In this document: positions 29,663-38,889 of the stretch, in pieces
Numbering within the stretch: the first letter of the stretch is position 1
Layout: every line of letters starts with the position of its first letter
NCBI GenBank assembly: GCA_021734945.1
Contig: JAIPIA010000001.1
Location: 90,243-154,242, forward strand
Length of the DNA stretch: 64,000 nt
Origin: Minisyncoccota bacterium
GTDB lineage: Bacteria > Patescibacteriota > Minisyncoccia > Phycocordibacterales > CAIZLB01
Direction of reading: 5' to 3'
The notes under the pieces: generated by a model
What the model saw: only the letters and a program-made list of their open reading frames with translations
What the model was told of the DNA's origin: nothing
Databases searched by the model: none
Position numbers and translations under genes: made by a program

Positions 29663-31327
29663 CAAGTTAGGACAGACCGACGCAAAAACGTCGGTTTTTC
29701 CTTTGTCTACATCATAATTTCTAGGTTCGAACTGTGGGTTTTTGAGTTTTGCTTCTTTGAGGCCTTGAATGAGTATATCCATCCATTTTGTGTTGATAAT
29801 ACTCACTTTTTCTTCATCCCATATTAGGTTCGAACCAAAACGTGAAAGAACCTCTCTTTTGGAGTTTATATTGTCAGATTGCATAATATCCACAAACTCT
29901 TTTGTGAGGTCAGCAATGTTGATTGCTGTGTCAAACCAGCTAGCATCAACTTTCCTTCTCGAACTTGATAAGATAGTTTTGTTTAATTCCTCAAGTGACA
30001 CTTTTCCATCAGCTGGAGATAGTGCTCCATCGGCCATCATTTCGATAATCTTCTTTTTTCGTTTTTCAGCTGTCTCAACTTCGTCTTTTGCATGAGTTGT
30101 CATTGCTTGCTGTAGCTCTATATCTTTATCCTTTAATTCGTGTAGATACTTTTTACTCCACTCGACAAGACTTGGGGATAGTTGTACGTTTTCTTTTGCA
30201 TAATCAACTATGTGTCCCGTTAGTTTATTCTCACTGATGTATTTAGTCTTTAGGTAGCTTTTTCTTCTTGCAACATTGTAGTAATAAACGTATTCAAGAT
30301 ATGTAGGCTTATCTATCTCCATGATCAATTTTCCACAATCAGGACAATTTGTCTTATTTGAATATGCAAACTTTTTCTTACAATCACAAATAACCTGGAA
30401 CTTAATGTCTGGTCCTATAAAATCACCGTTAGGGGCCTTAATAAAACCGGCAAAAGTGGTTACATGTGTCTTTGTCTTTGGGAGGTTTCTGTCCGAAAGC
30501 ATTCTTAAGATCTTGTTGTGCTGTGCTTCTGTTATCACTCTCGGTAAGCTTGCGTTTAGCTCATAACGCTGCCCATTCTGATAAAAGAAACCAGCGTATA
30601 TAGGGTCTTTTAGCATCGTATGAACTCTTGAGATGGCCATAAGAGCTCCACCAATTCTTTTATGTTTTGGAGTGGTTAGTTTTAATTCTTCACGTACGTA
30701 TCGTGCCAATCTATTTGCAGACCAATTACCAGTAAGGAACATGTGAAAAATCCTTTCAACTAGCGGGTATTTGTCTTTATCGACTAGCCACTTTCTATTT
30801 CCTTTCTCTTCGGTCTTATCATTGATAAAACCGATAGCAGCGACTCCATGAGGGTAACCCTTTAATGCTTTAGTCTTTTGTCCATTTTTTACAAAGGCAC
30901 TTTTATCGTCACTATCTCTTTTTGAAAAAAGGAACTCGAGTCCTAAAGTCATTTTGTCGATAGATGTATTGTAGTAAGTTCTTGTAGGTGTTTTAACACA
31001 AAGCAGTTTACCTCTATCCATTGCATCTATAACTCTTGCTCCATCAATCGCATTACGTGCGAGACGGTTCGGATGTATAGCTAAAATTGCATTGATCTCG
31101 CCTTTGTTTATTTTTGAAATAAGGCCGTCGAAAATCTGTCGACCCACCTTAAAAGCACTTTTCTCTTCCTTCAAGTAAAGACAAACATTCAGGTCCATTC
31201 TCACTGAGAAATCAGCAAGCTCACGTTCTTGAGTCTCGATTGACTGCACCTGCTTATCTTCGGTATCACTTGATTTTCTACAATATGATCCAAAGCGAAG
31301 TTCTTTTTCATTGATATTGTTGTTCAT
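29651..31327 (-). CDS. large serine recombinase (resolvase/invertase catalytic domain, recombinase domain and zinc-ribbon)
   Basis: 558 aa; N-terminal YCRKSSDTEDKQVQSIETQ (catalytic Ser region), recombinase zinc beta-ribbon CDCKKK...CPDCGK; last 12 nt of CDS overlap tRNA-Asn 3' end. Confidence 0.85.
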   Translation of the reverse strand: MNNNINEKELRFGSYCRKSSDTEDKQVQSIETQERELADFSVRMDLNVCLYLKEEKSAFKVGRQIFDGLISKINKGEINAILAIHPNRLARNAIDGARVIDAMDRGKLLCVKTPTRTYYNTSIDKMTLGLEFLFSKRDSDDKSAFVKNGQKTKALKGYPHGVAAIGFINDKTEEKGNRKWLVDKDKYPLVERIFHMFLTGNWSANRLARYVREELKLTTPKHKRIGGALMAISRVHTMLKDPIYAGFFYQNGQRYELNASLPRVITEAQHNKILRMLSDRNLPKTKTHVTTFAGFIKAPNGDFIGPDIKFQVICDCKKKFAYSNKTNCPDCGKLIMEIDKPTYLEYVYYYNVARRKSYLKTKYISENKLTGHIVDYAKENVQLSPSLVEWSKKYLHELKDKDIELQQAMTTHAKDEVETAEKRKKKIIEMMADGALSPADGKVSLEELNKTILSSSRRKVDASWFDTAINIADLTKEFVDIMQSDNINSKREVLSRFGSNLIWDEEKVSIINTKWMDILIQGLKEAKLKNPQFEPRNYDVDKGKTDVFASVCPNLLRG

Positions 31328-32026
31328 TTTTTTGTTAATTTTAGCACGCGCCGGGATCTTTTACCTCTGATCGATAGTAAAAGTTATCCTTATATGACAA
31401 CACATCCGGGGCTTCATCACGATGTTTTCTCAAGACCCTTGATGAAGATCAGATTGATACGACTCACATCAGACGGCTGGGCAAGAGATCCCGGAGAGAA
31501 CTTGTTTTCCCAGCTTTCGCATGTGCACCTTATCAACCCTTATTTGTTTTGTAGAGCGAAGTTGTTTAACCAGATGCTCTAAATCAGCTGGTGTGGATGT
31601 GTATTTGTTCTACGCTTATGAGCTTCGGCAAGCAAGGTCAATAAGAACAAGCCAATCTGTTGTAGATCGTTTTGATCCAAGAGGTTTGACTTATCTTCGC
31701 CGATTTCTAGGCGGAGAGCCTCTTTTAAATCTTCGATTGCTTTAGTGCTCAAAGTTTTCATACTTTTGAGCCGGTTTCGTCCCAAGAACCGGCCATTCAC
31801 GGGCTAGGTTGAATGACTGGTTTTTAAGACCAAACACGTCTAGCCCATAGTATGAGTCTACGAAATAGCACTCAAAACTCCGAGATCAATATCCAAAATT
31901 ATCTTTATTTAACAACGTATTTTTTATGTGTATTGACACCACTTGCATAAAACAAGAAATACTATCTCTTTCTCTACCAATAAAAATAAGCTAGAATGTA
32001 ATTACAACTAAATAAGCCGACCTAAC

Positions 32027-32165
32027 CCATCGAGAGAAATCTCGGTGGTATGGTCAAAAGTCCAGTAACGATCAAAGAACCCATTATGTGGGGTTGTCGT
32101 TACTGGCCATGCAGGGAAACTTGCATGGAGGCCGCAAGGTCTCACTCACGTAGTGGGCTTTTTGG
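32027..32165. ncRNA. candidate structured RNA element (four consecutive hairpins, two GNRA tetraloops), function unknown
   Basis: CCATCGAGA-GAAA-TCTCGGTGG; CCAGTAACGA...(nested AACCC/GGGTT)...TCGTTACTGG 10-bp perfect stem; CCATGCA-gggaaact-TGCATGG; GAGGCC-GCAA-GGTCTC. Lies within the 720-bp non-coding region and directly upstream of a membrane-protein gene. Confidence 0.3.
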
Positions 32166-32172
32166 TTGCCAA

Positions 32173-32511
32173 ATTATGAAAAAGATAATAGGCATTTTGA
32201 AGAAAGATAAAATAGGGAGACTAGATTACATAATTGCTCTAGGCACATTTCTTGTGCTGGAAGTAGTCATTTTCAGCTTCATCTTCTTGCTTGTCGATCA
32301 CATCAGTAACGACACATGGTTATTTATTTTCGGTACTTTGCTTATTACATCTCTAGGTACTCTTGCTTGGATAAATTCAAAGAGGATGCGAGACGCTGGA
32401 AGGAATACTAAGGAGCTTTTTTACTACTTTGTCATCCCTTTATTCTTTGCTGCCCATAGTATTTTCCTTATCTTTTTAACCAGCAAAGATGCACATCTAC
32501 GACAAAAATAA
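32173..32511 (+). CDS. small 3-TM membrane protein (island-encoded)
   Basis: ORF track gives 32050..32511, but the N-terminal 41 aa overlap the structured non-coding element; ATG at 32173 (MKKIIGIL...) followed by hydrophobic helices is the likely start. Confidence 0.45.
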   Translation: MMKKIIGILKKDKIGRLDYIIALGTFLVLEVVIFSFIFLLVDHISNDTWLFIFGTLLITSLGTLAWINSKRMRDAGRNTKELFYYFVIPLFFAAHSIFLIFLTSKDAHLRQK

Positions 32512-32592
32512 AAATCTAAAGGCAATTTTGGACTTCAAAGACGATAAACCTATTTTGACCTTTAACCCTAAATCGTGGGTCAATAAATTAAG

Positions 32593-32823
32593 GTGGAAGT
32601 TGAGGGTAATACTAAAAAAACTACTGCCATGATTACAGCAGTATATGTTCTAGCTATCACAGTCCTTTGCTTTCAGATCTTGGTAGTACTTTTCGTTATC
32701 TTATCCCTATACAACCTTATTAAGGTTTACGTAAAGACCAAAGAGAAAGAATACCTAGCTGTAATTATATTGGTACTCGGAATTATAGGACTTTGTCTTA
32801 TTTTCCCAGATTTGAGGCCTTAA
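32593..32823 (+). CDS. small 2-TM membrane protein
   Basis: 76 aa, two hydrophobic helices; overlaps 3' end of convergent HTH gene by 26 nt. Confidence 0.35.
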   Translation: MEVEGNTKKTTAMITAVYVLAITVLCFQILVVLFVILSLYNLIKVYVKTKEKEYLAVIILVLGIIGLCLIFPDLRP

Positions 32824-33217
32824 CCCAGCCATTACTTTTTGCCATTTTATCAATACGTTCCTGGAGTTCATCATCGCTTAAACCCTCAAAGCCTGTCCGC
32901 ATAGGTTCTGGAGTCTCAACACGTACTCGGTTAGTGTATTCGCTCGGGTAGCGTCTCTCAAGCCACCAGGCGGCCGCTTGCCAGGTCTTTTTACTAGCTT
33001 CTTTAATTATCTTTATATGCTCCATCTTGTACTCGATCTCTTTTTGCCTCATCTGTTCTGAGAAATCTGAGTCTCGTTTCCAAAAAGAAAGAGTGTCTTC
33101 GCTAATACCAGCAAGAGCAGAAGCGTCCCGCTGGCTAGCGCCATGACTGATAGCGTCTAGGATGATCTTAATGGTTTTTGGGGTAGCTTTTGTTTTACCT
33201 TTAAGTATTTGCGTCAT
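32798..33217 (-). CDS. phage-type helix-turn-helix protein (terminase-small-subunit-like / phBC6A51-type HTH)
   Basis: 139 aa; HGASQRDASALAGISEDTLSFWKR HTH and AAAWWLERRYPSEY motif typical of this phage HTH family. Confidence 0.55.
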   Translation of the reverse strand: MTQILKGKTKATPKTIKIILDAISHGASQRDASALAGISEDTLSFWKRDSDFSEQMRQKEIEYKMEHIKIIKEASKKTWQAAAWWLERRYPSEYTNRVRVETPEPMRTGFEGLSDDELQERIDKMAKSNGWVKASNLGK

Positions 33218-33254
33218 GAAAGAATGATAACAAAACTACCCTATATTATCCGAG

Positions 33255-36200
33255 CTATTTTATATTGAGACTTTCCCACGCAGAGATGATTTGTTGCATT
33301 CTGGCTCCTGCAAGTGGCATTGATGCAAAACGAATTCTGATCACGCTGCGAATAAGTTCAATTGCTGTTCGTGCATCTCTTTCAAAGGTCAAAGCATCAA
33401 GAACGGTCATAATCAGACCTTCACGCTCCTTATCGGTAACCGGCTGCTGCCATAGTAAAAACATGAAGTCAGCTAACACACCAACGACTGATCTAAGCTC
33501 CATTTTTACACCTTTAAGCGTGGCCAAGACTTCTTTGAATGGACTTTGGTTTTCCCATTGTGCTTGCCTTGCTGCCTCAATCAGAGTAGTGCTTTCAAGA
33601 GTAACGTGCTGATATCTGCGAAGAACCAGCTTGATGACTGCATCCCAGTATTCTGAACTCGAGATCTTCTTGTCGATAAGAAAGTGCATCAAAATTGCTT
33701 GCGTCCAAACGCCGTTCACTTTGAAGTCATCGTTCTTTGCATACATTCTAGTGGCCAAGTCTTCAGCGTACAACGAGCACTCGTTTTCTTTTGCGATAAG
33801 TATTGTTTCAATTGCATACTTTCCGAGCACTTTTTCCATCTCTTCAAACTGTTGAGTCTTCGGCAATGTTTTGCATGGTGTTAGAGTACAGTTTTCACGT
33901 ATCCATTTTTTCAGAGACTCAAGTGCTTCCACTTCGGTCGCAGCTTGTTCAGGAGTTTTTTCGTCTCGAATAAAGCTACCATCCATTTTTCCTAAAGTAG
34001 TAGATCCTTTTGAGCCCATCCCTTTTCTTTCTGAAATTGCCTCGTTCAGAGTATCTATGGTTGATTGTGTTACAAGAACTTTCTTGAATTTATCTTTGAA
34101 CATTTCAAGCAAGCCAAGTTGAGATAGAGTGAGTAGGGATGTAATGTCTATGGCTATAGTGTCGTTTGTTTTGATTGAGTCGAGGGCGACTTGACGCTCT
34201 TCAAGGGTGCCAACGCAAGACCTTATACCTACGCTTGCTGAAAGGCCATACCATACATCAACAATGTTCTTGTTAATTACACTTGCGAAAGCACCTACCG
34301 TGAGTTTCATGTCAATATAAAGTTTCTCTGCTTGAGAGACATATTCACTGTGATTTGAGACAACCTGCAAAACTTTATCGAGACTCTCTTTTGTCTTTTC
34401 CTCAGAGCTTACATCTACTGAAAAGCGTTCAAGAGACTTTTGTTCGGAAAATCGTTCCGGCATCAGTCGCATAGACTCATGAAGTGCATGCACGTATTTG
34501 TTTTTGATCTCAGTGATTTTAACCACAATTTTACTGATGGCCCCTTCAGACACAACAACATCATCATTAACCGATCTGCCCAAAAGCTTTTCACCAATTC
34601 CAGAAGAAACACCTATTTCATTCAAAGCCATGCTGAGATCTTTTCGGTCTTCAAGTAGGTAGCATGTGATCTGATCAGCGTCGTTTTTCGTGTATACAGC
34701 ACTAGATATGACTGCAGTTTTTGGGATCTCAAGTAGTTTCTCAAGTTTATGGTCTTGCGCCAAAAAGATAGTCATATACTTGGCATGTGCTTCGCCGTCA
34801 TCGAAGTACTTCCGTCTCAACTGATAGGCGGCTTCGAGTGATTTTTCTACCTTATTCCTTTCAGCGTATAGCTGGGCCAACTGGAACCCCGGGTTTATAG
34901 GGAGTTGGGTTATATCAATATCTTCATCGAGAAACTTATCAAGCTTTTCAAACTCATCAAGTCGAAACCAGTGTGTAGCTAGCCGAGTTTTTATTTCCAG
35001 GTCGTCTGGATGAGATAATAAGTATTTTTCTGCAGCAGCAGAAGCAGCAGACAGATCTCCGATGTTCTCGAGAATAGATAGCTCAATCTGCAACAGAAAC
35101 AAACCCTTGTTTTCGTCTGGTAGACGCTTAAACAAGCTTAGTGCTTTATCAACCTCGTTGGCTCTGTAGTACGAATAGAAAAGATTATCTAGGTGAGGTG
35201 ACGGAACTCTGGGGTCAATTATCTTTTCATACAAAGGCCATGACTGCGCGTATTTTTGCATGTTATACAAGTCGTCTGCCAAATTGATGACAATGTGAGC
35301 AGGGGTCATGTCAGTAATATATCCGTAGGCCTCATCAAGTAGATTGCCCGCCGCTTCCTTGTTACCAGCAAACCTTTCGGTACGGCTTGCGGCAATTAAA
35401 TTCTCGATATTCGTTGGATCAAACGATCTAAGTTTATCGACGATTTTTTTTGCTTTCTCATAATTTTTCTCCTTGATATAAACATGAACAAGCATGCGTT
35501 CTTCCTCGGATCGTAATTCAGGCGGGAGGTCGTCGCTGAACGATTTGATCAGTGTCTCCCGTGCCTCTACTAGGTTATTTTCATCAAAATAGATACCAGC
35601 AAGAACATATGCGGCTTCTGGAACCTCTTTTTTACCTACCACAGTCTTGAGTATCTCAATGGCCTGCTTTCTCTCTCCCTTTGAGTAGAGCATGAACGCC
35701 TGCTGTTTCAACATTGCCGCATCTTCAGGCTGGTAGCGCACCGCGCTGGCCATATCAGCATTAGCCTTATCCATTTCACCTAGTAGCTTATAAGCTGTTG
35801 CTCGATTGGCGTACCAAGAGGGACGATAGCTTATACTTTCAGAATTAGAAAGACTGTCTATGGCTTCCGAAAGTAATTGAACAGCTTTTTCTATTTTTTC
35901 CTTGTCTTCTGGGATAAGTTGCATATTGTTTGCGACTTCATGCTTCTGCATAAAAGTCTCAAGGATCGTGGATGCAAGATTTGCTTGAATGTCAGGGTTC
36001 TTCTTTCTGATTTTTATAGAGTCTTCCATTGCAATCTCAAGCCACTTTATAGATGATGCGAGATCACCGCGTTCACGTGCTGCATGCGCAATGGTAAACG
36101 CCACATCTTCTGACTTTCGAAACTCTGCTGGTATATCCTTCAGTATATCTTCAAGCGCTTGAGTCTTTGGGGAGCAGTTTATCAGAATGCCGATTGCTCG

Positions 36201-37532
36201 TGTGCTCGCTGGGTTCTTGTCCAAGACTTTTCTAATGTATGTCTTACACTCTTCTGTCTGATCGAGCATGAGATGACCCAAAGCTCTGTTACAAAGTGAT
36301 TTTTCATCTTCGGGATTGTATTGGTGAGCTTGTATAAAAAGTGACCCTGCCTCTTTTTCTCGATGTAGAGATGCTAATGCGGCGGCCTTGTTCGTTAGTA
36401 TTCGAAACTTAGAGATGTCGTTTGCACTGCTCCAGATCCGCTTCTCCAGACCCTCAAGAAAGTCCAGAGCTTCTTTCGGCTTCATATTGTTGATCAAATC
36501 TCTTCCGTGATCGATCTCAGCGGCATGTTCACTCGCGATTGCAGTAGTGTCAAAAACCATCTGAGCTATTTCCTTTTTTTCTGTTGTGTTAGCGGCAACA
36601 GACTCATTTATGAGAGCAAGACCGTCACCAACCTTTTTTTCAATGTTGCCGAGCTTTTCCGTAAAAGCATCAGAAAGAGAAGGATCGACGTTCGAAGAGG
36701 CTAATGCCGGGTAGTATTTTGAGGCAACATTTCCAAAGTTCCCAAGTTTTTCGAGTATGTCATCCCAAGAGAAGACGTGAACGGAAAACATTCCCTTTGT
36801 TGCGTGCTCCATTGAGATCTTCAGTGCCGCTTGTTGTAGCGACGTGTCTCTTTTACCAGTGTATGCAATAACGAGTTCTGTAAGAGGAGGGTTGAATTTT
36901 TTTGCTTCATCGACAATATCTTGAATATCGCTCACTGATAAAGCGTCAGCAGTTTCATTGCTTGTCGCATCCTTCTTCTTGCACTGTATTGCTCCAAGTT
37001 TTTGTGTCTCTTTAACTTTACCTAAGATGTCTATTCCGTTCTGTCTCTGTCCTGAACGACCATATCTCACTAAGTTGTGATCGTTCCAAATCTCTTGCCA
37101 TAAATCAGCAGAAAGTCTTTCAAATTTCTCCCATTCTCTTGGAGGAGGGACTTGCCACTGGGCAATATCAACAGGACTCGAAGATGTAGACTTTGGCTCA
37201 TTCCCGATAGAGCTGTCTATAAGTTTTTGCAGGCTTAAAATGAAATCGTTCCAGGTCATTTCGCCTTTGTACCAAAGAATACAGATGTCGGTTCTGTGCC
37301 GGAGGACGCGCATGAAGGTTTGCCATGTGAAGCCTTTCGCCTTGAGCTGACTTTTCAGGTTATCCCAGAGGTATTTCGGCAGTTTGTTGCCTGTCCAGAC
37401 GATAGAAGCATCGTCGCTGCTTTCAGGGGAAGACTGCTTCATAGATTGCATCAACGCTTTTAGGTCCAAAGGTTCAGGTGGAGTATTTATTTTCATACCC
37501 CCAGTATATGGGGTATAAAAGTAAAATACCAT
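33255..37532 (-). CDS. 1425-aa multidomain protein: N-terminal Mrr-like PD-(D/E)xK restriction-endonuclease-fold domain, long TPR array, C-terminal PIN-like(?) domain
   Basis: aa about 134-262 match the Mrr_cat pattern (FE.L..LW...GRSGQ.QNGIDI...IQCK...ELVIAYTG, FSWDDIL); aa about 350-1000 tetratricopeptide-like helical repeats; C-terminal DTIAIDITSLL plus later acidic residues suggest PIN-like fold (weak); no Walker A found. Confidence 0.8.
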   Translation of the reverse strand: MVFYFYTPYTGGMKINTPPEPLDLKALMQSMKQSSPESSDDASIVWTGNKLPKYLWDNLKSQLKAKGFTWQTFMRVLRHRTDICILWYKGEMTWNDFILSLQKLIDSSIGNEPKSTSSSPVDIAQWQVPPPREWEKFERLSADLWQEIWNDHNLVRYGRSGQRQNGIDILGKVKETQKLGAIQCKKKDATSNETADALSVSDIQDIVDEAKKFNPPLTELVIAYTGKRDTSLQQAALKISMEHATKGMFSVHVFSWDDILEKLGNFGNVASKYYPALASSNVDPSLSDAFTEKLGNIEKKVGDGLALINESVAANTTEKKEIAQMVFDTTAIASEHAAEIDHGRDLINNMKPKEALDFLEGLEKRIWSSANDISKFRILTNKAAALASLHREKEAGSLFIQAHQYNPEDEKSLCNRALGHLMLDQTEECKTYIRKVLDKNPASTRAIGILINCSPKTQALEDILKDIPAEFRKSEDVAFTIAHAARERGDLASSIKWLEIAMEDSIKIRKKNPDIQANLASTILETFMQKHEVANNMQLIPEDKEKIEKAVQLLSEAIDSLSNSESISYRPSWYANRATAYKLLGEMDKANADMASAVRYQPEDAAMLKQQAFMLYSKGERKQAIEILKTVVGKKEVPEAAYVLAGIYFDENNLVEARETLIKSFSDDLPPELRSEEERMLVHVYIKEKNYEKAKKIVDKLRSFDPTNIENLIAASRTERFAGNKEAAGNLLDEAYGYITDMTPAHIVINLADDLYNMQKYAQSWPLYEKIIDPRVPSPHLDNLFYSYYRANEVDKALSLFKRLPDENKGLFLLQIELSILENIGDLSAASAAAEKYLLSHPDDLEIKTRLATHWFRLDEFEKLDKFLDEDIDITQLPINPGFQLAQLYAERNKVEKSLEAAYQLRRKYFDDGEAHAKYMTIFLAQDHKLEKLLEIPKTAVISSAVYTKNDADQITCYLLEDRKDLSMALNEIGVSSGIGEKLLGRSVNDDVVVSEGAISKIVVKITEIKNKYVHALHESMRLMPERFSEQKSLERFSVDVSSEEKTKESLDKVLQVVSNHSEYVSQAEKLYIDMKLTVGAFASVINKNIVDVWYGLSASVGIRSCVGTLEERQVALDSIKTNDTIAIDITSLLTLSQLGLLEMFKDKFKKVLVTQSTIDTLNEAISERKGMGSKGSTTLGKMDGSFIRDEKTPEQAATEVEALESLKKWIRENCTLTPCKTLPKTQQFEEMEKVLGKYAIETILIAKENECSLYAEDLATRMYAKNDDFKVNGVWTQAILMHFLIDKKISSSEYWDAVIKLVLRRYQHVTLESTTLIEAARQAQWENQSPFKEVLATLKGVKMELRSVVGVLADFMFLLWQQPVTDKEREGLIMTVLDALTFERDARTAIELIRSVIRIRFASMPLAGARMQQIISAWESLNIK

Positions 37533-37603
37533 ATTGCTTGTCAGATAAAACTGTGTCCTGGTTGCATATCTATCTCAATTTAACTTTTTGAGTTAAAGTA
37601 AGG

Positions 37604-38197
37604 GTGTTTATGGCGACTACAACCCCAACAATATGGACTTTCATTGATGCGTCACCTTTTTGGTCGGCTTTTTTTGCACAGCTTCTTGCTACTCTTATTG
37701 TTGTTATTATCGGTTCTGTTGTAATTCCACCAATACTAAAGTGGAGGAAAAGAACAAAATTAAAGTTTTTCAAAACCCATACCTTTTTTAGTAAGAACTT
37801 TGAATTAACAGAGTCATCTGACGGAGAGTATGAGGCCACACTTCATTTATCTATAAAAAACTTTGGATCTGAAACGGTAGAGCGCTTTTATTGGGAGATG
37901 TATTTCCCAAAAGAGATGTCTGTTGAATTGGTTACCAAACCTCCTTACCCTCGTTACTTCACCACAAATCATCAGAAAGGAAATAAATACTTGAGACATT
38001 ATGGTTATGTAGAGTTACCGCTCTTTTCACTTGATGAAGTTGATTTTGTATACGAAATAAAAGTTAAAATTAAAGAAAAGAAAAAGATCAAGATATTCTA
38101 TTTCTTCAACAGCGATAATGGCGTATCGCCAGCATGGACTTGGCTTGCTATTACTCTTAAGAAACATCATTGGCTAAAGTTTTTGGTTCTTGAATAA
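37604..38197 (+). CDS. hypothetical membrane-anchored protein
   Basis: 197 aa; N-terminal hydrophobic helix, Lys-rich C-terminal part; last gene before candidate attR. Confidence 0.45.
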   Translation: MFMATTTPTIWTFIDASPFWSAFFAQLLATLIVVIIGSVVIPPILKWRKRTKLKFFKTHTFFSKNFELTESSDGEYEATLHLSIKNFGSETVERFYWEMYFPKEMSVELVTKPPYPRYFTTNHQKGNKYLRHYGYVELPLFSLDEVDFVYEIKVKIKEKKKIKIFYFFNSDNGVSPAWTWLAITLKKHHWLKFLVLE

Positions 38198-38336
38198 CTC
38201 ATTTCCTCTATTATAGCTATTCGGACAGCGTCCCAGGTTCGGAGCAGTAAAAGAAAGAGTGCCAGCACAAGCTGGTGCTTTTTCTTTTGCATGACTGTGT
38301 GAATACTGTGATCGAATTTCGACCAAGGGGAGGGGT

Positions 38337-38352
38337 GATCCATACCCACGGA
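38337..38352. repeat. candidate attR: 16-nt direct repeat of tRNA-Asn 3' end (15/16 identical)
   Basis: GATCCATACCCACGGA vs tRNA 29646..29661 GATCCCTACCCACGGA; a second weaker copy CCCACGGAGATAAGTT at 39540..39555 resembles tRNA end plus its downstream flank. Confidence 0.45.
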
Positions 38353-38466
38353 ACTCGTCTGTACATAATAGAAATAATGTTATATAAATGTAATGTTCTT
38401 TTGCGTCAGTAAACAATCAATAGGCTTAAAGGAGAGCCTGGTACGATTTGTACCGAATATGTCAGT

Positions 38467-38685
38467 ATGCATTTCAATACAAACGAAATCATGATTCCAC
38501 TCACTTCGTGGACTGCGTTCGACAGAGGAGAAATTATTGAAGCCAATTCGCCAGATGGTATTACTCTTAAGGTGGGAGATACAATCTGGTGGGTATGTGC
38601 TCAGTATGATGGTACGTGTAGCGTTGTGGAAGCAAAATCGACTGTGCCAGGAAGTACTGTGAAGATCAAAAAACTGGCGAATTAA
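38467..38685 (+). CDS. small hypothetical protein
   Basis: 72 aa ORF in otherwise non-coding stretch; no motif. Confidence 0.3.
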   Translation: MHFNTNEIMIPLTSWTAFDRGEIIEANSPDGITLKVGDTIWWVCAQYDGTCSVVEAKSTVPGSTVKIKKLAN

Positions 38686-38889
38686 AAAGCTACCAACGAA
38701 AGCAGGAGGTCACCTCTACTCGTTGGTGGCTTTTCTGTTTTATATAAAATACTATATAAGGTGATTTTTTTACCCTAAAACTTTTCTGAACGAAAATATT
38801 TTTTGTATTTTTATTTTGACACCTAATAATACATGTGTTAATTTATTTCCAGACTGACAATCCCGTCAGCCCGAACAAAGGAGGTTCTT

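Larger units (their letters stand above)
29591..38352. mobile_element. putative integrative element (about 8.7 kb) inserted at 3' end of tRNA-Asn
   Basis: serine recombinase CDS abuts/overlaps tRNA 3' end; 16-nt near-identical repeat of tRNA 3' end (GATCCaTACCCACGGA) at 38337..38352; phage-type HTH gene inside; right boundary is inferred. Confidence 0.45.

Noticed and set aside
31579-31800. 73-aa minus-strand ORF (MKTLSTKAIEDLKEALRLEIGEDKS...) upstream of the recombinase
   Set aside because: Helical and could be a small excisionase/regulator, but it has no RBS, overlaps a 7-bp inverted repeat, and there is nothing to compare conservation against; left as unresolved rather than called.
32050-32172. 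N-terminal 41 codons of ORF 32050..32511 (MVKSPVTIKEPIMWGCRYWPCRETC...)
   Set aside because: These codons coincide with the four-hairpin structured element; Cys/Trp/Arg-rich composition unlike the TM protein that follows; an internal ATG at 32173 gives a sensible start.
33255-37532. Possibility that the giant protein is an Avs/STAND antiviral ATPase
   Set aside because: Scanned the translation for Walker A (GxxxxGK[ST]) and found none; architecture is nuclease + TPR only, so STAND classification is not supported.
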